Shown piece after piece: positions 1 to 13,720 of a stretch of DNA of 64,000 nucleotides; position 1 is the first letter of the stretch; each line of letters starts with the position of its first letter. The notes beneath the pieces are model-generated. The model was not told the origin of the DNA and did no database searches. It saw nothing but the letters and a program-made list of their open reading frames with translations. Both the position numbers and the translations under genes were made by a program. The stretch lies in the NCBI RefSeq assembly GCF_001194135.2, contig NC_068991.1, positions 72,534,021 through 72,598,020 of the forward strand, in the 5' to 3' direction. The DNA is from Octopus bimaculoides (lineage: Eukaryota).

Positions 1-244
1 GTGTCCACAAAGTCTGGGTACATGGGGATTAACACATACTTTAGGAAATTATTATTTCTTATATTTAATTGTTTATGTTTTTTTTTTTCAATTCATCAGT
101 ATTCAAAAAAAAAAAATTATTTTATTTACTCCATGTACCCACATGGGGATTAACACATACTTTAAGAAATTATTATTTTGTATATTTAATTGTTTCTGTT
201 ATGATTTTATTTACTCCATGTACCCAGACCTTGTGGACACCCTG
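1..244. mobile_element. Tc1/mariner-type MITE (left end cut by window start)
   Basis: GTGTCCACAAAGTCTGGGTACATGG at 1-25 is inverted at ~216-240 and ends ...GTGGACACCCTG followed by TA; internal ~120-bp tandem duplication. Confidence 0.7.
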
Positions 245-468
245 TACAACACTTCTTTGCTTGCTCTCATGCTCCACATAAATACTGATTTTTAAGAGAA
301 ATATAAACACTAAAAGTACATCAATGGTGATATTTTCAAATAAATGAAGAGAAATTATTGATTGCAGTCTCAGTGTTCAAAGATTTAATCAATTCATATT
401 GACTGGGCACAACTGTTTGGACATTGGCAATTTGGCATGGCTAACTGGACATTGAACATCCACCTATA

Positions 469-527
<59 letters not shown>

Positions 528-687
528 ATGTATATATATATGTATATATATATGTATATATGTATATGTGTGTGTATATGTATATATATATATATATACA
601 CACACACACATATATATGTGTGTGTGTGTATGTATGTATATATATATGTATATATATATATATAGACATACACATATACATATATAC

Positions 688-730
<43 letters not shown>

Positions 731-1005
731 TGCAGGCATGACTCTGTGATAACAAGTTTGCTTCCCAGTCACATAGTTTTAGGTTCAGTCTCATTGTGTG
801 GCACCTTGGGCAAGTGTCTTCTACTATAGCCTTGGGCTGGCCAAAGCCTTGTGAATATATATATATATATATATATATANNNNNNNNNNNNNNNNNNNNN
901 NNNNNNNNNNNNNNNNNNNNNNNNNNNNNNNNNNNNNNNNNACCTAATGAGTGAAACAAATACAAGACAAAAGATAAGAAATGTCCTCAAGCCACTTATA
1001 CACTT

Positions 1006-1221
1006 ATTCTTTTCTACTCTAGGCACAAGGCCCAAAATTTTGGGGGAGGGGGCCAGTCAATTAAATCGACCCCAGTACACAACTGGTACTTAATTTATCA
1101 ACCCCAAAAGGATGAAAGGTAAAGTCGACCTTGGTGGAATTTGAACTCAGAACATAAAATAGACAAAATATTGCTAAGCATCTTGCCCGGCATGTTAACG
1201 TTTCAGCCAGCTTACCGCCTT
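1006..1221 (-). mobile_element. tRNA-derived SINE, family B
   Basis: Near-identical to copies at 16061, 27050 and 29461; on the minus strand a tRNA-like head with B box (GAGTTCAAATTCC) is followed by a conserved central block. Confidence 0.8.
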
Positions 1222-1289
1222 GCTTATATACATCTTCACACCAGGTAGATATTCTGGTACAAGTGTCTCAATGACTACTCTGTTGGACA

Positions 1290-1981
1290 ATGATATTATT
1301 ATTGTACAAATATACAATATGATAGAAGCTTGAAAATAACAAAAGAAATGTTGATGCATTCTCAAGACTGCCATTTCAGGTTTGGTGACAGATTAAATGA
1401 AAAAAATCAAAACTCATGTTCTATTTATGGATTCGAAATACATCAAATTATTGATGGACATATCTTAAGGGAATATTGGTTACCATTAAAGAAATTGAAC
1501 CAGCCATGAAGTCTGATATTGACGTTATTCTAATTAAACAATTCTTTAATAATGATTGGCCAGAAAACTAAATATCAAAGCCAACCATCTAAGAGAATAT
1601 TGGTAGATGGGGAGGAAGAATGTAATGTAATTTATGATCATAGGAATTTAATAATTTTGCTGTTCAGTTTTTCTTAAGTAATTATTCCAAAAATATTCCT
1701 GAATAAAAGTTTGACTCAACTGCAAGAAAGTCACTAGGGCATGGTTTTGAATGAAACAAATGAGTCATAGATACTGGTGCTGACAGAATTTTTGATCATT
1801 GGAGTCTGGTATCCTTGCAATAGTCTGCCATGTTCCAGCATATCAATAGATTGTACCTGACAAAGAATATAAAGAAGGATCCAGAATATCTGGACTATGG
1901 TAACCAGAGCAAAGAATACATATCAACTATACTGCATATTTTATGCTGATGATAAATATGCAAATTATTGTTGTTGATCCG
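1290..1981 (+). mobile_element. Degraded Ty3/Gypsy pol fragment (end of RNase H to start of integrase)
   Basis: Manual translation across stops and frameshifts gives NVDAFSRLP, VTIKEI...NDWP, VIIPK...LQESH*G and RIHINYT...IVVD in Gypsy pol order. Confidence 0.65.
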
Positions 1982-2006
1982 TCATCATCATCGTCATCAT
2001 CATCAT

Positions 2007-2077
2007 GGGCATATGGCGTAGTGATTAAGAGTCCGAGCTACTAATCCTAAGATTCCGAGTTCGATTCCAGGCAGTGA

Positions 2078-2109
<32 letters not shown>

Positions 2110-2770
2110 GTAATAATAATAATGATAATAATAATGATAATAATGATACTCTTTTACTTTTTTACTTGTTTCAATCATTTGACTGTGGCCATGCTGGAGC
2201 ACCGCCTTTAGTCGAGCAAATCGACCCCAGGACTTATTCTTTGTAAGCCTAGTACTTATTCTATCGGTTCCTTTTGCTGAACCGCTAAGTTACGGGGACG
2301 TAAACACACCAGCATCGTTGTCAAGCAATGTTGGGGGGACAAACACAGACACACAGACATATACACACTCACACATACATATATATNNNNNNNNNNNNNN
2401 NNNNNNNNNNNNNNNNNNNNNNNNNNNNNNNNNTTCCACTCACAAGGCTTTGGTCGGCCCGAGGCTATAGAAGACACTTGCCCAAGGTGCCATGCAGTGG
2501 GACTGAACCCGGAACCATGTGGTTGGTAAGCAAGCTACTTACCACACAGCCACTCCTACGCCTATAAATAATATGATAATGATAATAATAATAAGAAGAA
2601 GAAGGAGGAGGAGGAGGAGGAGGTGGAGGAGGAGAAGAAGAAGAAGAAGAAGAAGTTCGAAATTTCCCCAAGATATCTGATGAAGGTTGTGGGGTATATC
2701 AGCCAAAATGTTGTGTTAACAACAAACAAGATGAGGACAAATATCCGTCAAATGTGAATAATGTAAATAA
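2007..2770 (+). mobile_element. tRNA-head/hammerhead-tail element, copy 1 (interrupted; ribozyme core degenerate)
   Basis: Head 2007-2080 with A box TGGCGTAGTG and B box GTTCGATTC, then (AAT)n; tail 2655-2770 matches copies 2 and 3; split by a family A SINE. Confidence 0.8.
2148..2565 (-). mobile_element. tRNA-derived SINE, family A
   Basis: Reverse complement of the copies at 15183, 52796 and 60611; internal microsatellite and assembly gap. Confidence 0.85.
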
Positions 2771-3107
2771 AATCTATTTGTTCTCCATTGCATTGAATGT
2801 CCACACACACACACACACATTGGCTTTCACACAGTTTCCCCTCTACCAAATTCATTCACAAGGCATTTGTTGGCCCCGGGTTATAGTAGAAAACTCTTGT
2901 CAGAGGTGCCACTCAGTGGCACTGAACTTGAAACCATGTGGTTGTAAAGCCAGTTTCTTAAACACGCACCCATGCCTGTGCATTTTCCAACATACATCCC
3001 ATTAGTTTGCTTTATTCTCTCAGAAACTTCCTGTACCAAAATATAATTTGATTTTCTAAAGTGTAAGAATTCAAGTTTTTCAACTTTTACATGTAAATAT
3101 TTTTCAG

Positions 3108-3156
3108 ATCCTCCAAGAAAAAGAGTCGATGCAGTTCAACTGAATGGCTCTCAAAG
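3108..3156 (+). CDS. BRSK2: BRSK/SAD kinase exon: (D)PPRKRVDAVQLNGSQ
   Basis: ttttcag acceptor, gtaaga donor; DPPRKRVD is the conserved post-UBA motif of BRSK1/2; phase 1 to phase 2. Confidence 0.9.
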
Positions 3157-3936
3157 GTAAGATTCTTAACACTGTCTTTTACTGAAACCTATTAACTACC
3201 AAAAAGCTTCACCTAATTCTTCCAATACAATGGAATTGGCTTTTGTCTTTTACATTTTTATCAATATATTTCTGATATAATAGTTTTTTAAAGAGAATTT
3301 TGAATTATGTTTAGTGAATTCTTAAGTTTAGATAACCATCTTCTGCTGCAGAATTTATTTTTAATTATCTCTGATATTTAACTATAAGCAACAAAAATTT
3401 TGAAAAGATATTTTTTTAAGATAGCTCTTTAGCGTTTAGATTACTCCACCAAACATAATGCTTATTTATTTACATCGTTTTTAATTAATCATGCATTATC
3501 ACTTAGCTTTGAGATTCAATGATGTGATTGTTTATTTTTAGAATCATATTGTAGCATAGGTGTGAGGGGCCAGTTGTAGCCAGCTTGAGCATAAAACAGG
3601 TAGAATAGTTGGGTTGGATATGACCAGTTTAAATATCAAATGGTCAGAATAAGACGGAGAATTTGAGGGGGAAAAAAAAAAGGAATAAAAAAACTCCTTT
3701 CCAGTCATCATGGTTGTCTTCATCATCATCATCTTCATCATTATCATCTTCTTCAAATAATCTACTATAACACATTTATAATAGCGATTATTCATGATTT
3801 AGCAAGGTGATTTTTATTTACTTAAACTCATATATATCTGCATTTTTGTGTGATAAACTCAGCTGTCTCAGTTTATATTTCTTTTAAAGGAAGCATTTTT
3901 TTTTTAGTGTTTTAGTTTATGAAAGTGATTTGTATT

Positions 3937-4347
3937 ACAGTTTTATATTTAAGAGATGAGGAATTATTTACATTATTTACATTTGACGGATATTTGTCCT
4001 CATCTTGTTTGTTGTTAACACAAAGTTTCGGCTGATATACCCTCCAACCTTCATCAGGTGTCTTGGGAAAATTTCAAACCTGGGTTCTCATTGCCCATGG
4101 GCATATGGCATAGTGGTTAAGAGCATGGGCTATTAAGCGCAAGATTCCGAGTTTGATTCCAGGCAGTGACCTGAATAAAAATAATAATAATGTTAACATT
4201 GAAAAATACCTTAGGAATGAGAACCCAGGTTCGAAATTTCCCCAAGCCACCTGATGAAGGGTGAAGGGTATATCAGCTGAAATGTTGTGTTAACAACAAG
4301 CAAGGTGAGAACAAATATCCGTCAAATGTAAAGAATGTAAATAATGT
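3937..4347. mobile_element. tRNA-head/hammerhead-tail element, copy 2 (head-to-head inverted dimer)
   Basis: Left arm is the reverse complement of the right-arm tail; forward tRNA-like head at 4099-4172; hammerhead-like motifs at 4017-4062 (-) and 4246-4291 (+). Confidence 0.85.
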
Positions 4348-4595
4348 GAGATTTGTATTTTCATGAAAAATAATTCGACGATCTCAGTTGTGTGTAAACA
4401 TACATAACGTATGTATGTACATACATACATACATATGTGTGTGAGTGTGTGTGTATGTATATNNNNNNNNNNNNNNNNNNNNNNNNNNNNNNNNNNNNNN
4501 NNNNNNNNNNNNNNNNNNNNNNNNNNNNNNNNNNNNNNNNNNNNNNNNNNNNNNNNNNNNNNNNNNNNNNNNNNNNNNNNNNNNNNNNNNNNNNN

Positions 4596-4648
<53 letters not shown>

Positions 4649-5272
4649 TGCTGTGTTATCTGAAACTGTAGATCATCAAATCAAAATTTCCAATCATTAT
4701 ACTATTGAACATAATTGATTTGTATTATCAGCAGATTAGTTTACAAATTGTGTTCAATTCTCTACGTGATAAGTAGCAAAATAAATAAATAAATAGATAA
4801 ATAAATAAATAAAACGTCTGATCTATTTTTAACTTATTGCTGTCCAACCCATACCGACATGGAAGATGGACATCAAAAGAAAAAGAAAAAGAAGATGATG
4901 ATGATGATATATTAGACTTTATATTAACTGAAAAGAATAGATTAAAACGTGGAAAGTTATAGAAACATCGAAATTGATTTAGTATAGCTTTTTTATCGAT
5001 TGCTCTTCTTCTTGTGAAGATGCATGGCATTGTTTGGTTGTTGGGATTAAGATTGTTAGAATGTGAGTTCATCTCCTCAGTTGCATGTGTGTTACATCTT
5101 TGAGCAAGGAACTCCTTTTCACATTACTCTGGTCCACCCAGATGAAACTGTACACCAGCATCTTTTGGAAATGGTTGACCCTATGATGGACTGGCATCTT
5201 GTTTAGGATTTAGTTTTGTACTCTAACTCACTATGGAGACTAGAGTAAGCTCAGGTCTAAAGGGTCTGTAGG

Positions 5273-5700
5273 TTTGAGACAGACTTTGAGAAAGACCTTG
5301 AGACAGACTTTGAGGCAGACTTTGAGACAGACTTTGAGGTAGGCTTTGAAACAGACTTTGAGGCAGACTTTGTGACAGACTTTGAGGCAGACTTTGAGGT
5401 AGGCTTTGAAACAGACTTTGAGGCAGACTTTGTGACAGGTTTTCTGGTAGATTTTGAGACAGACTTTGAACCTGACTTTGAGACAGACTTAGAGGCAGAC
5501 TTTGAGGTAGACTTTGTGACAGGCTTTGAGACAGATTTTGATGCAGACCTTGAGACAGACTTTGAGGCAGGCTTTTGTGACAGACTTTTAAACAGATTTT
5601 GAGATAGACTTTGAGATGGACTTTGAGATAGACTTCGAGATAGACTTTGAGACAGACCTTGAGACAGATTTTGAGAAAGACTTTGAGGCAGACTTTGTGA
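5273..5700. repeat. 12-bp minisatellite (GAGRCAGACTTT), about 35 units
   Basis: Direct reading of the tandem units; explains ORFs 5223-5705 and 5372-5602. Confidence 0.95.
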
Positions 5701-6278
5701 TGCACTCTGTCTTCTACATTTGAAGTCCTTTTCTGTTTCAGTAAGGAGCAGACCTCAACATATGAAACACTGTGTACTCAACACCAGTTCACTTTCACCA
5801 TTGACTCCTGTATTGAACATGGATTTGTCAAGAGTTTCATTAGAACCATCACAATCAAAGCAGAACTTACTAAAAGGGGTTTTAAAATGCCTGTACCTTA
5901 GTTCTTAAAGTTTGGTGTTATAAGAAAGGCATCTAATTGTTGTTTACTGAATATGGATTTGGACAGGAGAAAGTCAATACATAAGAAGTGATTGTTTTAT
6001 AGGTATTCCCAGTTGTTGTATTTGCTGGACATATGTAAATAGTGATCACATGCACATGTTTATATATACATAGGGTATGGGACATCATGGCACAGCTGTT
6101 TTGGCACTGCCGGTTTGGCATTGCTGATTTGACACTGATTTATTTGAGATCAATTGTTTTAATGTTTCTCTCCCTTCTCCTCACTCTCCTTTTGTGTATG
6201 TGTGTGAGCATATCTCTCTTTATATCTATGAGGGAAAAATGGTGATGCCAGTTGTGTTCTGTTAATAAATTGTAAATG

Positions 6279-6338
<60 letters not shown>

Positions 6339-7635
6339 CATGTGTATATTTCTGCACATTTATGAGTGTGTGTGTGTTTGCTTCCAGTGCCGAAAAGTAC
6401 TGTTGCTAAAACAGGTTCAGTGTCCAGTTAGCCATGCCAAATTGCCAGTGTCAAACAGCTGCTCTCAGTTGTCTCATTCTAAAATATGTATATATGTCTC
6501 AGTAAAATTACAAATATTAGGAGAACTTTGTGTTGGTGAAGTGTATGTTTTCCTAACTTGTGTATAATCTAAATTCAAATATATGCTTATTTTCAAATTA
6601 GTATTGATGGGGTTTGATAGGTTTGCCATAGCAATATGAGATTTAGAATGTAATCATTTAAACTGAAGAAAATTTGTGAATTGTTACTGCTCTTTTTGGC
6701 ATGCAAGTTGGATTATTCCAACCAAAATTTACAGCCAAAAATGGTGGTTCAATGCATACACCAAGATGACTTTGGAGAACCAAAACCTTCATTTGAAATG
6801 CAGCAGGATTTAGAAAGATGGTGACACTGTTTAAACGTATACACTATGTTTGCATTATATATTGTATCGACTTATATTCTGGAAAATACAGTAATTAGAG
6901 ACGTACTGTAAGTCAAAGAATTCTAGAAAGTAGAAAGCATTTCTATTTAGTACTGAGAAATAGATATAAAAATTGGAAAATATAATGATTTCTTTTAACT
7001 TTTGATTGCTCCATTTTTTTTACCATTTATCAAATGTTTGGAATTATTATGACATGGAATTATGTCATGTACTGTAGTATTTCTAAGATTGCTTTGCTTT
7101 CATATCTGAAGCTTTTGCATTGGCTATATCTTTTCAAACTAAAATCTTATATTATAAATATGAATAAACACATAGAAATATTTAGTATAAGTGTACAAAG
7201 CAGTGAGAATCTAAATAAAGGTGTGTACAGTTTCTCTTAACATGTTTTTGTACGCTAGAATGTGAAAGGTATTCACTGTAGGATTTTGGAGGAAAACACT
7301 CTAGACTTTGTGTGTGCAACTGTATAGGAAAACACTATAGGACATTGTGTGTGAAAGCTCATAGTTTTTACAGACAAAAAGAAATTCTTATGCCACTTGG
7401 ATCTCGATTCGATGTGTTTTTGGTCACTTGGACACTTGGAGTTCAGCTCAATGTGGTTTTATACACAAAGTCAATTTGAGATAATTATTATTATTTTTTT
7501 TTACTTTGAGACAGAATCTTGCAGTGAATATCTTTCATGTTCAACTGTCCAAGAATGGGTTGAAAATAAATGTACATGTCTATATATATATATAGATACG
7601 TGTTGTGCGCATATATAATATATGCATGTATGTGA

Positions 7636-7685
<50 letters not shown>

Positions 7686-8227
7686 NNNNNNNNNNNNNNN
7701 NNNNNNNNNNNNNNNNNNNNNNNNNNNNNNNNNNNNNNNNNNNNNNNNNNNNNNNNNNNNNNNNNNNNNNNNNNNNNNNNNNNNNNNNNNNNNNNNNNNN
7801 NNNNNNNNNNNNNNNNNNNNNNNNNNNNNNNNNNNNNNNNNNNNNNNNNNNNNNNNNNNNNNNNNNNNNNNNNNNNNNNNNNNNNNNNNNNNNNNNNNNN
7901 NNNNNNNNNNNNNNNNNNNNNNNNNNNNNNNNNNATATCATCTTAATCATCTTAATTAAAAACAAGAGAGTAACTAATTTGTACCTTTGCACAAAGATAT
8001 AGTTTAAAACTGCCATCATTACCATCATACATTCTTCTACTAATTCCATGCTTCTTTTCTTCCAATGAATTTTTAAAGCTTCTCAAAAAAACTTTCCCAG
8101 GAATGAAAAAAAAAAAAAGAAACCTTCCTAAAATAGTGATATTTTCTAACTGTAGCTGTTTAATGTTTAACTTGAGCATGTGATTAACATGACGCCTATT
8201 CATCCTATTATCTTTCTTTGCCTTCAG

Positions 8228-8299
8228 CCGACTTTCATTAGGCAGCATCAGTGAAGGATCCCCTGTTGCTTCTCGGAGGGCACTTGCCATTCAGCAAGT
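8228..8299 (+). CDS. BRSK2: BRSK/SAD kinase exon: (S)RLSLGSISEGSPVASRRALAIQQ(V)
   Basis: ccttcag acceptor, gtaagt donor; 72 bp, phase 2-2; resembles the BRSK GSPV..RRA segment; in frame with both neighbours. Confidence 0.85.
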
Positions 8300-8700
8300 G
8301 TAAGTAGCATGGGCTTCATCACTTCTCTCTGTGTTGTTACCTCTGTGTCGTTTGCCTGCACCTGCACATGCATACATACACACACACACACACACACACA
8401 AGCATGCATGCAAGCATACATACATATGCACACATGTACATCCATGGGTGCATATATATATATATATATATATATAGGCAGCAATTTGCAATGTTTCACC
8501 AAAAGGGAGTATTATAATTGTCACTAAATGAGGCTAGAAATAAGAGCTAAACTGTGCTCCTATTTGTATATATGTACACACACACACACACACACACACA
8601 TACGCATATTTATAAAAAATGAAGGCAGCTATATGCAATATAAAACCCCCCCAAAAAATCCAGTTGTCAATAATTGTGACTGAGGGTACTGGGTAGCACC

Positions 8701-8887
8701 TATATTGTTAGAAATAAGAATTAAAAAGCCTTAAAATTGCAAGAAAGCACATTTTCATATACTAACAGGGAAGATAACCACCCAATAAGCAAAGCTAGAT
8801 CACTAGACTAGATTCCCCTGTCAATATATGAAGATGTGCTTTCTTGCAGCGCTAAGGGCTTTTAACTCTTATTTCTAGCTAAATATA
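8701..8887. repeat. Foldback inverted repeat, ~70-bp arms
   Basis: 8701-8772 is an imperfect reverse complement of 8813-8887. Confidence 0.8.
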
Positions 8888-9272
8888 CATACATACATAC
8901 ATACATATATATATANNNNNNNNNNNNNNNNNNNNNNNNNNNNNNNNNNNNNNNNNNNNNNNNNNNNNNNNNNNNNNNNNNNNNNNNNNNNNNNNNNNNN
9001 NNNNNNNNNNNNNNNNNNNNNNNNNNNNNNNNNNNNNNNNNNNNNNNNNNNNNNNNNNNNNNNNNNNNNNNNNNNNNNNNNNNNNNNNNNNNNNNNNNNN
9101 NNNNNNNNNNNNNNNNNNNNNNNNNNNNNNNNNNNNNNNNNNNNNNNNNNNNNNNNNNNNNNNNNNNNNNNNNNNNNNNNNNNNNNNNNNNNNNNNNNNN
9201 NNNNNNNNNNNNNNNNNNNNNNNNNNNNNNNNNNNNNNNNNNNNNNNNNNNNNNNNNNNNNNNNNNNNNATA

Positions 9273-9305
<33 letters not shown>

Positions 9306-9368
9306 GTATGTATACATATCCCACCCATGCTAGCATGGAAGGTGGATGTTAAATGATAATGATGATGA

Positions 9369-9401
<33 letters not shown>

Positions 9402-10148
9402 TATCATCATCAATATTAAATGTTCACTTTTCGATGCTTACATAAGTCAGTCAGAATTTGTTGAGGTAGATTTTCTACACCTTGACACCCCTCCTTGTCA
9501 CCAACCCACACCTGTTTCCAAGCAAGGTAAATATTTCCCCGTGTCCAAACATGTTTTTCACAGAAGACTGGAAACGAACAACCTCACTACATATGTTGAT
9601 GTTGCTTATTTACTAGTATCACGTGATGTCTACACACGCACGCACACACTCACATGTGTTTCTTCTTTATTTGATATCTGTGTTGTAATGCCTCTGTGTG
9701 TAAAGTATATAAAGACTTAGGTGTGAGACAGTTTAATGCAACAGTAAAGAAAAAAATGGAATAGGTAAAAAAAACAGAGTCCAAGGAAATCACTGGTGGT
9801 GTTTGTTGGTAAGCATTATACAGAGAAGTTTATAAGTTTATGGAAATTTGCATGATGTTTGGGTAGAAGAGGAACCTGATGTCTTAGGGTTGTCTCTTTT
9901 TTGGAAAGCAAAGGCCCCATGGCATAGTAGATTGGATGTTGGGCTTGTGACTATTAGATCGTTGTTTCAGTTCTCAGACTGGGTAGAGCATTGAGTCAGG
10001 AAGCAATGCACCTCATGTTGCTTCAGTCAACTTAGCAGCAAACAAAAATAAGAAAATGTGGTGGAGGACATCAGCGACAGGTGAGGGTGGGTGGGTTATT
10101 GACTCCGTCCATTTTAGTGGAGGAAGTCTTGAAGCTTCTGTCATTTAA

Positions 10149-10343
10149 CCCTTTTGATAACGCCTCTGGCTCTGTCTTGTTTTTAAAAGTTCTGAATTAA
10201 AATCTTCGACCAAACCTTAGTCACAATTTATGTTCCTAACACTAGCTTAATGATAATTAAGTTATTTTACTAAATTCTTTGTTATATTTTAAATTAATTG
10301 AAAGAAATACAGAGCATCTCAACTGAAATATGGTAACAAAGGG
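10149..10343. mobile_element. piggyBac-type MITE
   Basis: TTAA on both flanks, termini CCCTTT...AAAGGG; related to 25546-25784. Confidence 0.75.
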
Positions 10344-13061
10344 TTAAATGTTACAGAAATTTGGACAAATTCCAGTTTAGTAGGCCAGTAGGTTTGGGAC
10401 AGATTTTAAATTTAGCTTAACTTTAGTCTTGAAGAGAGAAAACATCTTTTCAACACATGAAAAAAAAATCTCTATTAGTTGAAGAAATGTTTCTGAAGCA
10501 CCAGATTCGTTCTTCATTTGTCTTTTCACCACAGTATATAAACTTCTTTGGATTTATCTGGACTCATAAACTTCAATAGTAAAACAGAAATCAACAAGCT
10601 GGTAATTCATTTCATTGTTATCAAAACACACAAAATATTTTTTAAATATAAAANNNNNNNNNNTTAAATTTTGGTAGCAATGAATTCACTCTGAAAGAAA
10701 TGTTTAAGTTTTTAGCACACATGAAATAAATGTTATTAGTATCTCTCAAAGGACTTGAAAAAACATTTATAAACATTCTCTTTTTATCCTGTTTTACTTT
10801 GTTTATCTCTTGTTCTTTTCTTTCTTCTTTGCTCTTTCCTTTTTTTTTTTTTGCTATTTTTTTTCTATTTCTTCAGTGCATGAATTCTAACCTAAGATAA
10901 ACTTTATATCTAACAGTTAATTTTGTTTTTGTATTTGATTTGCAAGATTCTTGATGTGAATTTGTATATTGAAACGCTTTTTGTTGTATCTTGGGAGGGT
11001 CATTATGCCAATAACAAACACACACAAACATTGGTTCTACTTCATTTCTTTTATTATTATTATTATTAGTCATTTTGTTCAAATGATTAATCAAACAATT
11101 AATTACTTGATTGATTAAATGTTAATGAATTGACTAATAATTTTTGATATAGACACAAAGTGTGACATTTGGGGAGAAGAGACTAGTTGATTAAATAAAT
11201 CACCCCCAGTGCTTGACTGTGAACCATGGTCGGTGAACTGTGATAAGTGAACTGCAATATGGCGAGGGATTACTGTATGTAACTGCAGGCATGGGTGTGT
11301 GGTGATGAAGCTCACTTTGAAACCACGGGGTTTTGGGATCAGTCCCACTGAGTGGCACCGTGGGCAAGTGTCTTCTACTATAACTCCAGGCTGACCAATA
11401 CCTTGTGAGTGAATCTTGTGAATTTCACACAATCTTGCTTCCCAACCACATAGTTCCGGGTTCTATCCCACTGCATGTCACCTTGGACAAGTGTCTTCTA
11501 CTATAGCCTCAGGCCATCCAAAGCCTTGTGTGTGGATTTGGTAGATGGAAACTGAAAGAAGCCCATAATATATATATATATATATATGTATATATTTATG
11601 TGTGTGTGTCTGTCTGTACCCCCACCATCGCTTGACGACTGATGCCGGTATGTTTATGTCCCCGTAACTTAGTGGTTTGGCTAAAGAGACCGGTAGAATA
11701 AGTACTAGGCTTACAAAGAATAAGTTCTGGGGTCAATTTCTTTGACTAAAACCCTTTAAGGTGGTGCTCCAGCATGACCACAGTCAGATGACTGAAACAA
11801 GTTAAAGGATATAGATATGTGTATGTTTGTGTTTGTCATCACTCTCCTACTGCTTGACATCTGGTGTTGGTTTGTTTATGTTCCTGTAACATAGCAGTTC
11901 AGCAAAAAAGACTAATAGAATATGTACCAGACTTTAAAAAAGCAACACAAAAACATAAGTACTAGTGTTGATTTGTTTGACTAGAACTTTTCAAGGTGGT
12001 GCTCCAGCATGGCTGCAGTCCAATGACTGAATCAAGTTAAAGATTATCGAAAGAAAAAAGAAGATATTAAATAACAGCAAAAGAAAAAAAAAATTACCCC
12101 TTAATTACATTGTTTATAGTAAATCTAACCACAAATTATTATTTCATATAATTTTCTTAGTTATGTCTATCTTTATTAATGAAAATCAGTAAGTTAATAG
12201 TGAAATAATCGTTAACTTCATCTGAAACATAGAAAAATATTTACTCATTCTATTATTTTAAAATGAATTCATTTTCAAAAGCATTTAATGTGATTTCTAT
12301 TGTATGTCAATGTTATTATTTTCGATATAAATCCATTAATTCTGCTAGATATGCAAATTACTTTATAATTGCTTGCAATTTTCTGAGAGCTTTTTCTTTT
12401 AAAAAGAAAACACAGCATTTTGAAGTCAAGTAATAGCAGCTGATATTGTTGTATATTTAGCCAAATAGTGTATATAATTTCAAATAGTTGATATACAACA
12501 ACTTTTTATTTTTATTTTTCTATGTGATTCACTCATTGGACTGTGGCCATACTGGAGGCTTAACTGAACAAATTGACTCCAGTACTTTTGTTTAAGTGTA
12601 TTATTCTGTCAGTCTATTTTACTGACTCACTAAGCTACAAGGAACATCAACAAACCAACACCAGTTGTCAAGTGTGACTGAGACAAACACAAAAAACATA
12701 TGCATATATGTACATACATATGCACACATTTATATGTGTGTGTATGTGTGTGTGTGTGTGACTTAAAGGTTTGGTCGCCGTTTAGTTACATATTTAGGAG
12801 TTGGTTATAGATTTACTTATTGAATTTATTTCCTGATACAGTTGTACATAGGGTAAATGTGTTTGAAAGTTGTAGTTTCTTTGGTATGTTTGTTCCCTAA
12901 CAACACTTATTTTAGTGTTGTTGACACCACTGGATTAAATGGTACTGCCCAGGTGTCAAAACCATAATGATATCCGTGGGGCAGCTGATGATGGAGGTAT
13001 GTCGGATTGTTGGTATGGCTGTTTTTGTATGTGTGGAATAGGGTTAGAACATGTCCTTTTG

Positions 13062-13097
<36 letters not shown>

Positions 13098-13675
13098 TCA
13101 TCATCATCGTTTAACGTCCGCTTTCCATGCTAGCATGGGTTGGACGAACCATGGGTTAATGTTAGCAGTTTAAGTACTGAATAGCAATCTTTATATCTTA
13201 CTTAATGTGGATATATTTAAGAACACCATAATACTGTGGTATTTGTCTTGAGAAAGTCTGGACATGTTGTGTCTGCTGCTATTTCCATGCTTTTTAGTAC
13301 TATACCAGATGTTTTCTGAAGCTGAATATCACAGTATTATGCTATTCTTAAAGTATATCCATGTTAAGTAGGATATAAAGATTGATATATATGTGCGTGT
13401 GTGTGTGATAGGTTTCTTTCAGTTTCCATCTATGAGAAACTCTCATGAGATGCTGGTCGCCCCAGAGACTTAGTAGAAGATACCTGTCCAAGATGCTGTG
13501 TAGTGGGACCGAACCCAGAACTATGGTGGGAAGCAAATTTCACGTGTGCTTTTTTATATATAATGTAATATCTGTATATATATTTGTAAATTGTCTGTCT
13601 GTATGTCCATCCTATATTCAGAAACTACAAAATGACTACCATAAAGCCATATGCATACATACATACATACATACA

Positions 13676-13711
<36 letters not shown>

Positions 13712-13720
13712 TATATATAT

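Noticed and set aside
4099-4172. tRNA gene call for the hammerhead-element head (also 2007-2080 and 38459-38531)
   Set aside because: A and B boxes are present but I could not form an acceptor stem, and the heads are embedded in a repeat; treated as SINE heads.
10780-10920. Very long polypyrimidine tract ending in CTTCAG at 10876
   Set aside because: No good donor follows, the expected phase hits TGA after one codon, and the BRSK exon chain is complete without it.
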